Below, in pieces: positions 37,167-47,710 of a DNA stretch of 64,000 bases. Source of the DNA: a virus. Both the position numbers and the translations under genes were made by a program. The notes beneath the pieces were generated by a model. The model was given only the letters and a program-made list of their open reading frames with translations. It had not been told where the DNA came from and did no database searches. The DNA is taken from IMG/VR virus record IMGVR_UViG_3300026484_000110, one strand, 5' to 3'. Position 1 is the stretch's first letter. The number at the start of each line of letters is the position of its first letter.

Positions 37167-37565
37167 ATGTTTGAAATAGGTAAAAGATATAGTTTTACTA
37201 CAATAGCTCCAGTAACGCTAGGTGCTGTATATAGTAATGTAAAAGCTACTGCTAATTTAACTTTTGATTTAGCTATAAAATTTGCAGATATAATTTCTAT
37301 TAGAAATAAGATTAAACAAGAAACAGATATAAATTTACTAGACCCGAGAGATGTTTTATACACAATGTTTGAAACAGTGGATAAGAAGACTATTGTTTTA
37401 GCAAATGACTGGATAAATACCAGTTCAATAACACTAATAGACAGTATAGTAGCAAATATCAGAATTGAAAATATTACTACTGAGGATATAATCAATATTA
37501 GGAATATGTTGGAAGCTATGGGTTATAAAAATTTTGATATAGACACTACATCTACCTCAGAGTAG
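37167..37565 (+). CDS. probable conserved phiKZ-like small protein (132 aa)
   Basis: FEIGKRYSFTTIAPVTLG..Y.NVK pattern recalled from phiKZ-like genes near the tubulin gene. Confidence 0.55.
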   Translation: MFEIGKRYSFTTIAPVTLGAVYSNVKATANLTFDLAIKFADIISIRNKIKQETDINLLDPRDVLYTMFETVDKKTIVLANDWINTSSITLIDSIVANIRIENITTEDIINIRNMLEAMGYKNFDIDTTSTSE

Positions 37566-37572
37566 ATGTAGT
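37545..37572 (+). terminator. intrinsic terminator
   Basis: ACTACATCTAC/GTAGATGTAGT plus T tract. Confidence 0.75.
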
Positions 37573-37614
37573 AACTTTTTCTTTTTGTGAATGAATGATG
37601 TAAGGAGAATAAAA

Positions 37615-39804
37615 ATGGGAAATAAAGATGTTAATAAATGGTTAAATGAAGTATCTGAAAATTGGAGAAATAATAATTTAAAACCAAAGAGCATACAGGA
37701 AGAAGCTAAAGAAACAGATATTGATCCCGTTGAGGAGACAATGGTAGTATCAGATTACGTAATGAGAAAAACAAGGAATTATGAGAACATAGTAAATAAT
37801 GATGTAAGTGTGAAAGATGAGGATTGGGTATTCGATTCTTTTTTAGTACCTAGAATTGAATTAGATCCAATAGATGAATTACATAGATATTGGAGCATTA
37901 CTGAAACAAAGTTTACTGATACCAGCTTAGGTGGTAATATTGCTATTAATGTTTATCCACAATTTACTAGGTATGCTGATATTAGATTAAAAGGTAGATT
38001 ATCAAATAGAAACGATGTAAGAGTGAATAATATTTCTGGAAATATAGGTATGGGTAGATACTATGGAGAAGTGATAGACGATAATGCTTTTGATGTATAT
38101 TTCACATTCGGAGTACCTGAATTTAATAGTCTATTTACTTTTATACTAAACAGTATGGATTATAAACAATCAGTAGTAGCAAATGAAGGTAGGAGTCCTT
38201 TTATGTATAACCTAGGACAGATATGGGGACTAGTGGCTGTTGCTGCTGGTTTTGGTATTGTGGGAATAGCAGTTACTGTTTTAAGAAAAGTAGTGTCTAC
38301 TGTATATGATATTGTAGCAGGTCCAGGTAGATTTAGTTATTATTATCTTAAACCTACTATGTTTATGTATTGGTCTACAGTCAATAGTTTAGTCACTATG
38401 ATGGCTACGGAATTAGGACTAGTGACGCCTTCTTTAATGCCATCTAATAAAGATAATGTGGGAGTACCTATTAAATTAGATAAAAAAGATACTGAATTTC
38501 TACGTGAGTATATGCCAGATATAATTACTAAAGATAATTATATAGACGTTTTTAATATGGTTACTAAGACACAAAGATTATATAACGAAATGCATAAAAA
38601 AGAATTAGAACTCTATGAGAATATAAATAACATAACAAGTGTATCCGACAATCTAGGTAAAGAGTTACTTAAGATATCCGATAATGTAAAAAATAGACCT
38701 AGTGACTTTTTCGAGAGAGTAAGAAAATCTACAAAAAATAGTAAATGGTATGGTTTTAAACAGAAAGAAGAAACTAATAACAAGGACACAAATACAACAA
38801 AACCATCTGATAAACAACATATTACATATGATAAAGATGGTACTATAAAAAGATCTAAAGAAGACGATCCTAGTTTTATTAATGAGGTTTTCACACATTA
38901 TAGAGATATGATGCAAGGCGGTGCAGCTTATGCTGTGTTTAGAGTAGAAAATCCAGGCAGCGTATCTGAATCATTTAGTAATGAAACAGGCGATATTGAA
39001 TTAGAGGGTATGTTAAAATCAATCGGTGGTAAAGCAAAAGCTTTGCAGTACGATTTAGCAGGCGGGGTAGTGCCTGGTATGGGTGATCTTTTAAAAGGAA
39101 TAAAAGATTTCGCTTCTGGTGCGTTAGATATGATTACATTTGGTTTATCAAATGTTCTAACAGCATTACTAGGAAATGCAAATATGGATATGCCTAAACG
39201 TTGGATAGATAGTAGCGCTAGTTTCCCAGAACATACATTCAAAATGAGATTACAAGCACCATATGGTAATCCAATTAGTCAGTTAAGGAATATTTATATA
39301 CCGTTAGCAGCAATATTAGCGGCAGCATTACCTAAAGCAGCTGGTCCATCCAGTTATACGTCACCATTTTTATGTAGTATGTTTATTAGGGGATATAACG
39401 AAATAAAATTAGGTATGATTACTAATCTTACTATTACTAGAGGAGTATCTAACTTACCTTTTAACAAACAGAGACGTCCTTTAGCAATTGATGTCACCTT
39501 TACAGTAACAGACTTTAGTAAAATATTAGCTATGCCGGTAGTTACAGAAATAGGACAAGAAGCATTTACATCTTTTAACGAAGATAGTCCTATTAATAAA
39601 TATATTGCTACATTATGTGCTAGAGATTTATATACATCAAAATTCTTTATACCAAAGATGAAATTAAATTTTGCCAGATTTAAAGCTAATATGGATATGA
39701 TGTTTAGTAGTAGTTATGCAGCAGCTAAGTTATATGATGCTACTCCTGATATTTTAAAAGATGCTTTAGAAAGAAAGGCCGTAAACTATACAGAACATTA
39801 TTAA
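37615..39804 (+). CDS. virion structural protein, probably baseplate/tail-associated
   Basis: DTSLGGNIAINVYPQFTRYAD, FGVPEFNSL, GMITNLTITRG; RBS favours ATG37615. Confidence 0.65.
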   Translation: MGNKDVNKWLNEVSENWRNNNLKPKSIQEEAKETDIDPVEETMVVSDYVMRKTRNYENIVNNDVSVKDEDWVFDSFLVPRIELDPIDELHRYWSITETKFTDTSLGGNIAINVYPQFTRYADIRLKGRLSNRNDVRVNNISGNIGMGRYYGEVIDDNAFDVYFTFGVPEFNSLFTFILNSMDYKQSVVANEGRSPFMYNLGQIWGLVAVAAGFGIVGIAVTVLRKVVSTVYDIVAGPGRFSYYYLKPTMFMYWSTVNSLVTMMATELGLVTPSLMPSNKDNVGVPIKLDKKDTEFLREYMPDIITKDNYIDVFNMVTKTQRLYNEMHKKELELYENINNITSVSDNLGKELLKISDNVKNRPSDFFERVRKSTKNSKWYGFKQKEETNNKDTNTTKPSDKQHITYDKDGTIKRSKEDDPSFINEVFTHYRDMMQGGAAYAVFRVENPGSVSESFSNETGDIELEGMLKSIGGKAKALQYDLAGGVVPGMGDLLKGIKDFASGALDMITFGLSNVLTALLGNANMDMPKRWIDSSASFPEHTFKMRLQAPYGNPISQLRNIYIPLAAILAAALPKAAGPSSYTSPFLCSMFIRGYNEIKLGMITNLTITRGVSNLPFNKQRRPLAIDVTFTVTDFSKILAMPVVTEIGQEAFTSFNEDSPINKYIATLCARDLYTSKFFIPKMKLNFARFKANMDMMFSSSYAAAKLYDATPDILKDALERKAVNYTEHY

Positions 39805-39834
39805 GACGAATAGGAGTATCTACTCCTATTCGTC
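39805..39834. terminator. bidirectional terminator
   Basis: 14-bp stem GACGAATAGGAGTA/TACTCCTATTCGTC between convergent genes. Confidence 0.8.
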
Positions 39835-40248
39835 ATTATCTTTGGTTTTATTTTTGATATAAATATCCCTATATTTTATATTCTTATTATTTTCTAGTAT
39901 TTCTGTATATTTGTCTATTTCATTTGGTAATGGTATTGGTGTAGCCAATAAAATCATTTCATTTTTTACTTTTACTGCATCCAATAATTGTTTAAACAAT
40001 ATTAAATATGTTAACATTTTATTTTTATACCCACCGCCTAATAAGTATGCTATTAAAAGAGTCCTATTATCTAACCAGAATTTTTCTTTTCTATTAATCT
40101 CTTTTAACCATCTAAATTCTTTAATTTTGTTAAATCTTTCCATTATAGATTTTATTTTAGGTCCTATGAATACTACTTTAAATAAGTTATTTCCGAGAAT
40201 ATTAGGTATTTTATCACTTTTTAATTCTTCTATAGTCCATAAATACAT
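39826..40248 (-). CDS. hypothetical protein (140 aa)
   Basis: AAGGAG RBS. Confidence 0.7.
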   Translation of the reverse strand: MYLWTIEELKSDKIPNILGNNLFKVVFIGPKIKSIMERFNKIKEFRWLKEINRKEKFWLDNRTLLIAYLLGGGYKNKMLTYLILFKQLLDAVKVKNEMILLATPIPLPNEIDKYTEILENNKNIKYRDIYIKNKTKDNDE

Positions 40249-40257
40249 TCTTTCTCC

Positions 40258-41328
40258 TTAGGCAAAATTTGATATTGGGTTATCATTAATCATCGTTTTA
40301 TTTTTAGGCAATTTCCTAGACTTCATTAACTCATCGTTAAAAGCTAAATACCTGGATACATCTTTATCGTTTATTTCCGTGGCTAATTTGGACTTTGTGG
40401 ATGTGTTTGTTAAATATGTGACGCTATTATTATTTTTATCTACCTCATCAATGCTGACATCCTTACTAGCTAGTAGAAATGATTTATTTATATCTTCATC
40501 CTTTAAATCAAGTTCTTTTTTATCTTTTTTCCATGTATCCGGAATAATTTTATTAACTAAACTTTTACCTATTTTTATTCCTTCTTTATAGGCTGCCTCG
40601 CGTGTTGTTGATTTAGTTATACTAGCAATCGTAGTAAAATTTAATTTTTTACTTTTTATAAGTTTATTAGCTGCCTTTCTGACATATTTATTATCTACGT
40701 TTTTATTTAGGAAATTACCTATTAAAGAACTACTCGTTTTGGGATCGGATAAACATTCTAATATTTTTAATAGATCAGCTGTAGTTAAAGTGGATAGAAC
40801 GTTTTTTATAGCTTGGTTATTATTTAGTTTATTATCCAAATCTATATTACATAATTTTTTAATTAACTTTTGTAAATCGCTTTTTGTTTTAATAGATAAC
40901 TTTCTACTAACTAGCTCGTTTGCTATATTGTTTATTAGGTTTTCTCTTAATTTTGATACTACGTCACTATTTAAATCAATTTTACAATCATCAGCGTAGT
41001 CTTTAGCTAATTTAATAATTGTTCTATTATCTACCGATTTACTTACCGCAGTTCTTAAACTATCTAAAACGCTTTTATCACTATCTTCTTTACTCATTTT
41101 AGATACAGCATCGTTATCCATCTTTTTGAAACTACCTATAGAAATCGTGTTTGTATTTTTAGTATTTAAGTCACTATCTAAATTTGTTTTCTCTTTTTTA
41201 TTAGTTTTAACTGGTGTGGTTTTTACACTATCTATTGTAGCATTCTTACTATCTTTGTCTGTTAAATAATCAGTAAAGCTACCTTTTATTTTTTTTACAA
41301 AACTTAAATCATCTAAGTTTATACCCAT
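40258..41328 (-). CDS. hypothetical protein, possibly virion-associated (356 aa)
   Basis: Long ORF near the tail genes. Confidence 0.6.
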   Translation of the reverse strand: MGINLDDLSFVKKIKGSFTDYLTDKDSKNATIDSVKTTPVKTNKKEKTNLDSDLNTKNTNTISIGSFKKMDNDAVSKMSKEDSDKSVLDSLRTAVSKSVDNRTIIKLAKDYADDCKIDLNSDVVSKLRENLINNIANELVSRKLSIKTKSDLQKLIKKLCNIDLDNKLNNNQAIKNVLSTLTTADLLKILECLSDPKTSSSLIGNFLNKNVDNKYVRKAANKLIKSKKLNFTTIASITKSTTREAAYKEGIKIGKSLVNKIIPDTWKKDKKELDLKDEDINKSFLLASKDVSIDEVDKNNNSVTYLTNTSTKSKLATEINDKDVSRYLAFNDELMKSRKLPKNKTMINDNPISNFA

Positions 41329-41359
41329 TTCATATCCTTTAAATTAAACTTTTTTTAAT

Positions 41360-41372
41360 CATATATTATTAA
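41360..41372 (+). promoter_or_regulatory. phage early promoter motif
   Basis: CATATATTATTAA. Confidence 0.6.
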
Positions 41373-41501
41373 TAGGAGATATACTATTACAATCATTGAA
41401 ATCAATGATTATTTATTAGTATATCATTAATTTGGATTACAACATCCAACATTTTTTCAGCTTAGATCTAATCTGAACAAAAAACAAAAAAGGAGTAAAC
41501 A

Positions 41502-41951
41502 ATGGCTGACAAAGTAATTTTAAACGGTGTAGAATTTGAGGTTAATGTAGAAGGAAATACTGTTGTAGTAAATGCAGATGAGAATGCATTTATAGACTAT
41601 ATGAAAAATGAAAAAGAACTTACAAAGGCAGAAATCAAAAAAGTATCAGTCGGTATGAATGACTATCTTAAAGCTGTGGTAGATACAGCTGTAGATAAAG
41701 CAGGTAAAGAACTAATTAACCATTGCGATGCTGAAGCTGTAAATGTGAAATTTCCTTTTGGCGTAAATAAATCTGATGTAGTAGAAGTTCATGTTCAAAG
41801 AGAAAAAGATGTTAGAATTCCTACTACCGGAGAGGTAGTGAAAAAACCTGCTATTAAAGTGGCTGTAAACACTAAGGCTACAAGAATTAGTAAATCCCAT
41901 ATAAGAGCCTTAAGAGAAGATTTAGAAGAGGTACTAGCCAAAGGATGCTAA
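41502..41951 (+). CDS. possible HU/IHF-fold DNA-binding protein
   Basis: VKFPFG..VEVHVQREKDVRIPTTGEVVKKPAIKV resembles the HU beta-arm. Confidence 0.45.
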   Translation: MADKVILNGVEFEVNVEGNTVVVNADENAFIDYMKNEKELTKAEIKKVSVGMNDYLKAVVDTAVDKAGKELINHCDAEAVNVKFPFGVNKSDVVEVHVQREKDVRIPTTGEVVKKPAIKVAVNTKATRISKSHIRALREDLEEVLAKGC

Positions 41952-41983
41952 TTCCTTTGGTTTATTTTTTTTGGAGAAAGAAA

Positions 41984-42541
41984 ATGTATTTAAGAGTTTT
42001 AGATATAGAAACTAAAAAAGTGTCAATAATAGATTTTGACACATATCTTGGTAATTTGCCTAAAAATTTTGGTATAGTTGAAGTAGTAGATGATTATAGC
42101 ACAGAAAGAAAATTAGAGGATAAGAAAAAGATACTGGACAAAGTTACGCCTGAATGGTACAAAAGATTAGAGAATGTTATTAATAATAGAACACAAAGAA
42201 AAATAGAGATACCACTGAAAAAGTATGCTGAAATATTAGGATTAGACTATAACTACGTGTTTGATAAATATAAATCCGGTAAACTAGATGGTGTTAAGAA
42301 GAATTCTAATGGTAGATTAAGTATTGTTGTTGATGAAATATTTCTACTAGAAAATAAAAACAATAACGAAAGAAAAGGCAATGAATACACAACAGTATCT
42401 AATAAACCTGTTGAAGTTAGTAAGCCTACTAATGAACATGAGAAATTAATAATTGAGAATAAGTTGTTAAAGAAAAGACTATTATTGATGAAACAAATGA
42501 TAGAAGTTCTTTTACCAACTATATTAGAAGAAGAATTATAG
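41984..42541 (+). CDS. HTH (excisionase/MerR-like) protein with C-terminal coiled coil
   Basis: IPLKKYAEILGLDYNYVFDKYKSGKL; HEKLIIENKLLKKRL; start ATG41984. Confidence 0.5.
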   Translation: MYLRVLDIETKKVSIIDFDTYLGNLPKNFGIVEVVDDYSTERKLEDKKKILDKVTPEWYKRLENVINNRTQRKIEIPLKKYAEILGLDYNYVFDKYKSGKLDGVKKNSNGRLSIVVDEIFLLENKNNNERKGNEYTTVSNKPVEVSKPTNEHEKLIIENKLLKKRLLLMKQMIEVLLPTILEEEL

Positions 42542-42569
42542 TATTCGGGAATTATATCCCGAATACTAT
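42538..42569. terminator. bidirectional terminator
   Basis: ATAGTATTCGGGA/TCCCGAATACTAT. Confidence 0.8.
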
Positions 42570-43498
42570 TTTTTATTGTTTGTGTTGTCCATTTGATAAT
42601 AAACATCCATATCGTCGAATGATTTAAGTGTACTAGCAATCGTGTCTGCTGGTAATAGGATTTTATCAGGTGTAAGCGTATAAAGTTTAAGACTATCAAG
42701 AATTGTTTTAGCAAGATTCATTACGTTCACATTAGTAGGTGGTAATGCTAACCCACCGAACTCGATAGTCATTTCTTTCATTTCTTTAGCTGCTTTTTTA
42801 TCTTTTTTACCGATAATATCTGGTAAGCTAGTAGGATATAAGTTACTTACTAACCACGCATGAATAGGTTTTCTTTGTAGTACATCTGGCTCTATAAATA
42901 AGATTGTAGATGTCCACCATTCAGGTGTATGTACATCAATATTCTCACCGCCAGGTAATGTTGTTAATAGTGGCGCTTTAGTATCTGGATCCATAAATCC
43001 GTATCTAATATTTGTATCTATTAGAATTTCAAAAGGAATACCATATTTTTCATCTAACGTAATACTTACATTTGTTTCTTCTCTAGTAACGTTAGTAGGT
43101 TCTTTAAATTTAGCACCTTCTAATCCTGTTTCTGTTTCACCAGATTCTACAGTTAAACTACTGTTTAGTCCCTCAATTACTCTTGCATGCCTTTCCCACA
43201 TTGCCTTATAGCTAGCATGCCATGCTTTACTATTTGGTAGTAAATCAAATACTCTAGGTGTTTGTAATACTACAGGTATAATATCTCTTCTTATGTATCT
43301 TTGATTATACATATATGAATGTATTGCTTTACCATCTCTTACTCCACCTATCTTAGGTAAGTATCCCCACTGACCTCCATATCTTAAGTCGAGTGTTGGT
43401 AAATCTTGAGCCCATACTCCAGTTTTATCATCAGCAGATACTTTACTAAATGGGTTTACAGTTATGTTTCTGCTATTACTTGTTACTTTATCAGCCAT
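42566..43498 (-). CDS. tail tube protein (phiKZ gp30-like)
   Basis: LDLRYGGQWGY motif; directly downstream of the sheath gene. Confidence 0.8.
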   Translation of the reverse strand: MADKVTSNSRNITVNPFSKVSADDKTGVWAQDLPTLDLRYGGQWGYLPKIGGVRDGKAIHSYMYNQRYIRRDIIPVVLQTPRVFDLLPNSKAWHASYKAMWERHARVIEGLNSSLTVESGETETGLEGAKFKEPTNVTREETNVSITLDEKYGIPFEILIDTNIRYGFMDPDTKAPLLTTLPGGENIDVHTPEWWTSTILFIEPDVLQRKPIHAWLVSNLYPTSLPDIIGKKDKKAAKEMKEMTIEFGGLALPPTNVNVMNLAKTILDSLKLYTLTPDKILLPADTIASTLKSFDDMDVYYQMDNTNNKK

Positions 43499-43539
43499 TG
43501 TTTAATCCTTTATATTTTTTATTAAATAGGAAGAAGGCA

Positions 43540-45696
43540 TTAAGCCATCTCTTCCAATCTATAAGCTTCGATATAGAATGTGTTAACTGTTTTCATATTG
43601 TTAGCACCTAGCTTAACAACAGTTGTCCAACTATAACCTCTTTCTTTATCAAAATCAGTTATCATAGCTTTTGTAACTACTTTAATAATTCCAGCAAAAG
43701 TATCAGCTAACTCACTATTCATATAGTTTTCTACATTTTCAATTAACTCTTCAGATGTCCATCTAGTTACACCTGTGAATTTCCTATGGCAAGCAGCTGC
43801 TACTTTTGTAATTTTAGTCAACGCCATACCTACAGGGAAACTATTCAATACAGATGTATCGTTTTCATATACTGTTTGCATAGCAGGAATGTAATATCTT
43901 TCAATGTCATATCTCTCAGGCCAGATTAGACCAGAACTCCATAATGCAGGTTTAACACCTTGTGGTACGAAAGCTGGTTGAATATCTACCATATCATCAA
44001 TGATATTATCTTCACCTTTATCGAATAGATAATCAGGGTTCCATTTACCGTTACCTGCTCCCATCATTCTAGCAGCTTTAACTGCTATGTGAAGTGATAA
44101 AGGCCATCTATGTCCTGTTGTGTCATTTTTATCTAAACCATTACCTGCTACGATACATGCTCTAGCTACTGGCGTGCCAAAGAATGTACTTTCAGGAGCT
44201 AATTGACATCTAGCTTTTAAGTTAATAGCTATAGCTCTTTCAGTTACTAAGTCGTTGAATTTGTCGCCTAATTTATCTTCTCTAGTGGATAATACTAAGA
44301 AAGTATCTTTTCTTACAGTAATGAAATTTACTAAAGATTTTTTAGTATCAATACTGAATCCACTATCGTAGAATACAGATTCTACATTTACAGCTAAATC
44401 CATTACTTCACTGTTTGGATCTATATATTTATTCATTTCGTTTCTTACTAGTTTTTCAAAGTTTTCATCAGTAATTTCACCATCAGTACCATTACCTAAA
44501 AAGAATGGTAGGTTATTACTAAAGAATACTTCTTTTGTACCTTCAGGTAGCGTGACAGCTGTGTTGTCGTATACCACACTAAAGTATTTCACTCTTTTAG
44601 TAGAAAATGCGTTAAATACATTTAACAGGTATTTTTGATCTTTGTCTTCTAAATCAGGAATAAAATCAAACCAGTCTGTTGTATTAACAATGCTACCTTC
44701 CACTGTTTTAACGTCAGCAGCAATATAAGGTTTTTCAGTTTCTAGAACTTTAGATAAAATACTATCGATATTTTTATAATAAACATATGGTGTTTTAATA
44801 TCTGGATATACTAATGGTAATTCAGGGTTTTTAGTATTGTACCAGTTCTGAATCACATCTTTTAATTCCAAACTACTATTTGTAACCGGATCAGTTACAT
44901 CTTTTCTAAATACAAAATGTTCTTTTGTACTACCGAATAAGTCCTTTTTAATTACAGGAATACCATTTTGTTTTTCGAAAACGAATAGTTCAAATGGTAA
45001 TGCTTTTATACTAGCTAATACATCTTCATTTACGTCATCTTTACTTTGTAAACTAAATGCAAAACCTGTATTTTCATACGCTTGACCTTCATAAGCTGCA
45101 ACAAATTCTACTACAGGCACCATAGTAGATGGATTACCATCACTATCAGTCATATAACCTGTTTTCATGGTTTTATTACCTAGAGCTTGACCTACTTTAT
45201 GTTCATCTACTACCGCATATACTTTTACTCTGTATCCATCAATTGGTGAATCTGAGTCTTCAATTGGATTTCCATCGGTATCGTATGCAATACTACCGTC
45301 TTCATGTCTTTTATATTTTTTAACTTTATCTTTAATGTAATCCACATATATTGTTACATTAGCTAATTTATCATTATCTTCAGGTATTAATCTTTGTACC
45401 ATAATTGTGTTACCAGTACCTATAATTTTTGTAGCAAATTTAGTGGCGTGATTATAATACTTACTTTTTGGATTTACAGTGTTTTCTCCATAAAGTCTCA
45501 TAAGTTTTCCACCATCGCAAAGTTCTTTAACTATTAATCCCATTTCATTTTTAGCCGGTCCTTTTTCTGTCCAAAGATAGAATAAAGGCAAATGACTAGG
45601 AATAGGAATTGGTTGTGGTGTAATTGGTTTTATAGACTTATCATCTGTACCTAATGGTACGAACATTGGTGCTGCATTTACAATTGTGTATCCCAT
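43540..45696 (-). CDS. contractile tail sheath protein (phiKZ gp29-like)
   Basis: IVNAAP..G.DD.S..P..P.HLP..Y..KGP start; FYDSGF; C-terminal RGYSWT..GANNMKTV. Confidence 0.88.
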   Translation of the reverse strand: MGYTIVNAAPMFVPLGTDDKSIKPITPQPIPIPSHLPLFYLWTEKGPAKNEMGLIVKELCDGGKLMRLYGENTVNPKSKYYNHATKFATKIIGTGNTIMVQRLIPEDNDKLANVTIYVDYIKDKVKKYKRHEDGSIAYDTDGNPIEDSDSPIDGYRVKVYAVVDEHKVGQALGNKTMKTGYMTDSDGNPSTMVPVVEFVAAYEGQAYENTGFAFSLQSKDDVNEDVLASIKALPFELFVFEKQNGIPVIKKDLFGSTKEHFVFRKDVTDPVTNSSLELKDVIQNWYNTKNPELPLVYPDIKTPYVYYKNIDSILSKVLETEKPYIAADVKTVEGSIVNTTDWFDFIPDLEDKDQKYLLNVFNAFSTKRVKYFSVVYDNTAVTLPEGTKEVFFSNNLPFFLGNGTDGEITDENFEKLVRNEMNKYIDPNSEVMDLAVNVESVFYDSGFSIDTKKSLVNFITVRKDTFLVLSTREDKLGDKFNDLVTERAIAINLKARCQLAPESTFFGTPVARACIVAGNGLDKNDTTGHRWPLSLHIAVKAARMMGAGNGKWNPDYLFDKGEDNIIDDMVDIQPAFVPQGVKPALWSSGLIWPERYDIERYYIPAMQTVYENDTSVLNSFPVGMALTKITKVAAACHRKFTGVTRWTSEELIENVENYMNSELADTFAGIIKVVTKAMITDFDKERGYSWTTVVKLGANNMKTVNTFYIEAYRLEEMA

Positions 45697-45751
45697 TGTT
45701 TTTCCTTTACATTTAATTTTGAAATATAATCATAAGAAGTTTAAAAAACAT

Positions 45752-45785
45752 TATGTACTACTAGGAAATTTCCTAGTAGTACATA
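45752..45785. terminator. 34-bp perfect palindrome at gene end
   Basis: TATGTACTACTAGGAAA|TTTCCTAGTAGTACATA. Confidence 0.6.
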
Positions 45786-47605
45786 TAAAATTCATAAACA
45801 TCCTCATCATTTTTATTTTTATCTTTATAGTAAGCTAATATGTTACCATTTTTTAATTTAATAAATCCATTAAATGGTTTAGTGTCAATTATATCATTTT
45901 CATAAACAGTAAACGTAGCTTGTTTTCTATTATAAACCATAAACGATCTAGGATCATCTTTTCTAAAGTACAATACATTTCCATTTAATAAATTAAAACT
46001 CAACAATGAAATATTTCTATATTCGGCAGGTATAGTAGGGCCTTCTGTTATGTCGTCTCTACTAAAATCATAGATTATACATCTACCTGTACTTAAACTA
46101 GGTATTGGAATTATTGTAACTGTGTCATAATCAATTAGATTAACAATTATTTCGGTTAATTCAACATCTGTATTTATATCAAAAGTTTTTACGATATTAA
46201 TTTTAAGATTAGGATCTAGTAAATTTATTTTCTTAATAGTTACCGATTTTTCACCAGTAATTTCTATAAAATGTAAATCGTTATTTATAAGAAAGAAGTT
46301 GTTATTTTTTATTACTGATTTATCAGATATTTCATGTGTTTTTAATAATGTAAATGTTTCCTTATATACGTCATACTTATAAAAATCTAATTTTATTTTA
46401 TCATCATTTGTTATATATCCAAATAAACCAATGTAGTTAGGTAATAATTCAAATTTAATTTGTTTAGCATCATATGTTAAACCTAGATTATACATTGTTT
46501 TAAATCGTAAGTTCTCACCACTATTTATCATTAGTTCTAAATCTAATTTTTTATTACTATTTAACATTGGTATTAGACCTGTAATCATTTGTTCTGATAC
46601 TTGTAAGATATCAATATTTAAATCAAGATCATCAACTAGTACATCTTTTAAAAATTTAAACCCATTTACATAATCAAAATCGAAATTAAAATATTGATTT
46701 TCAGATACTCTCATAGTTTTAATATAATGTTCTACATTTTCTGTAATTAGCTTACCGGATACAGGTTCTATATATTGTATGTTAAGAGACAATATATAAC
46801 TACTATTAGGTTTTAATGGATTAGATGGTATTGTTATTGTATTATCTTTAATAGATAAATTTGTTTCTACTGTTTTATCTAGATTTAACAGATAACCACC
46901 TAATACAGTAATTCCGTTATCTGTGGTTGAAATTAATTTAAGTTCAAAATCTTCATTAATAGGTATGTTATTTAAATCTTTATCAAACTTATAATACGTT
47001 TTAGAGATTTCTATTTTATCTCTGAAAAATTTACTACAACTACCTAAATGTCCTCTGTATCTTACTAATACTTCTATATCTTTAGTAGCTGTAAAATTAT
47101 AAATATCGTTAGATACAGTTAAATTAAACATATCATCAGTTTTATTCATTTCTGAATAAACGACTTTGTTATTTACTCTAATTATCCAATCAACTCCTGT
47201 TACGCCAATACCATCTTGAGGTTCGATAGCTTTTAACTTCAAACCGTTATCAGGATCTACAGATATAAATTCTACATAAGGATCTTCTACGTATACTTTT
47301 GGTTTTAATGGTTCTATAGAAACTTCAGCTGTTTCTATAATAGGTTCAGGCCCCAACCATGTTGGATTATCTACCTCGTTACCATTTGAATCTTTAAAGT
47401 GTCTTTTAGCTCTAACATAGTAAATACTATCACTAGGAATAGCTAATTCAACTATCCAAGTGTTTAATTGTTCTTCAGATGTTTCTTCTAATAATACATT
47501 TGAAAAGTTTAGATTGTCAGACACTTGCCATGTGGTAGCATAATGAGTTAAACCAGAATCTCCTGAATCCCATGGTCCTATGTTTATAATTTTCACGTTT
47601 GCCAT
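45773..47605 (-). CDS. probable virion (tail/baseplate) protein with N-terminal FN3/Ig-like region
   Basis: HYATTWQVSD..F and YYVRAKRH; beta-rich C-terminus. Confidence 0.55.
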   Translation of the reverse strand: MANVKIINIGPWDSGDSGLTHYATTWQVSDNLNFSNVLLEETSEEQLNTWIVELAIPSDSIYYVRAKRHFKDSNGNEVDNPTWLGPEPIIETAEVSIEPLKPKVYVEDPYVEFISVDPDNGLKLKAIEPQDGIGVTGVDWIIRVNNKVVYSEMNKTDDMFNLTVSNDIYNFTATKDIEVLVRYRGHLGSCSKFFRDKIEISKTYYKFDKDLNNIPINEDFELKLISTTDNGITVLGGYLLNLDKTVETNLSIKDNTITIPSNPLKPNSSYILSLNIQYIEPVSGKLITENVEHYIKTMRVSENQYFNFDFDYVNGFKFLKDVLVDDLDLNIDILQVSEQMITGLIPMLNSNKKLDLELMINSGENLRFKTMYNLGLTYDAKQIKFELLPNYIGLFGYITNDDKIKLDFYKYDVYKETFTLLKTHEISDKSVIKNNNFFLINNDLHFIEITGEKSVTIKKINLLDPNLKINIVKTFDINTDVELTEIIVNLIDYDTVTIIPIPSLSTGRCIIYDFSRDDITEGPTIPAEYRNISLLSFNLLNGNVLYFRKDDPRSFMVYNRKQATFTVYENDIIDTKPFNGFIKLKNGNILAYYKDKNKNDEDVYEFYMYY

Positions 47606-47710
47606 ATTATTATCCTTTATTATATTATAGGTAAAGTTTCATACAAACGATTTCAGCACTTATTTTTTTCTATAAATCATTCTCTGAATAGTATATTTAA
47701 AGGAGATATT

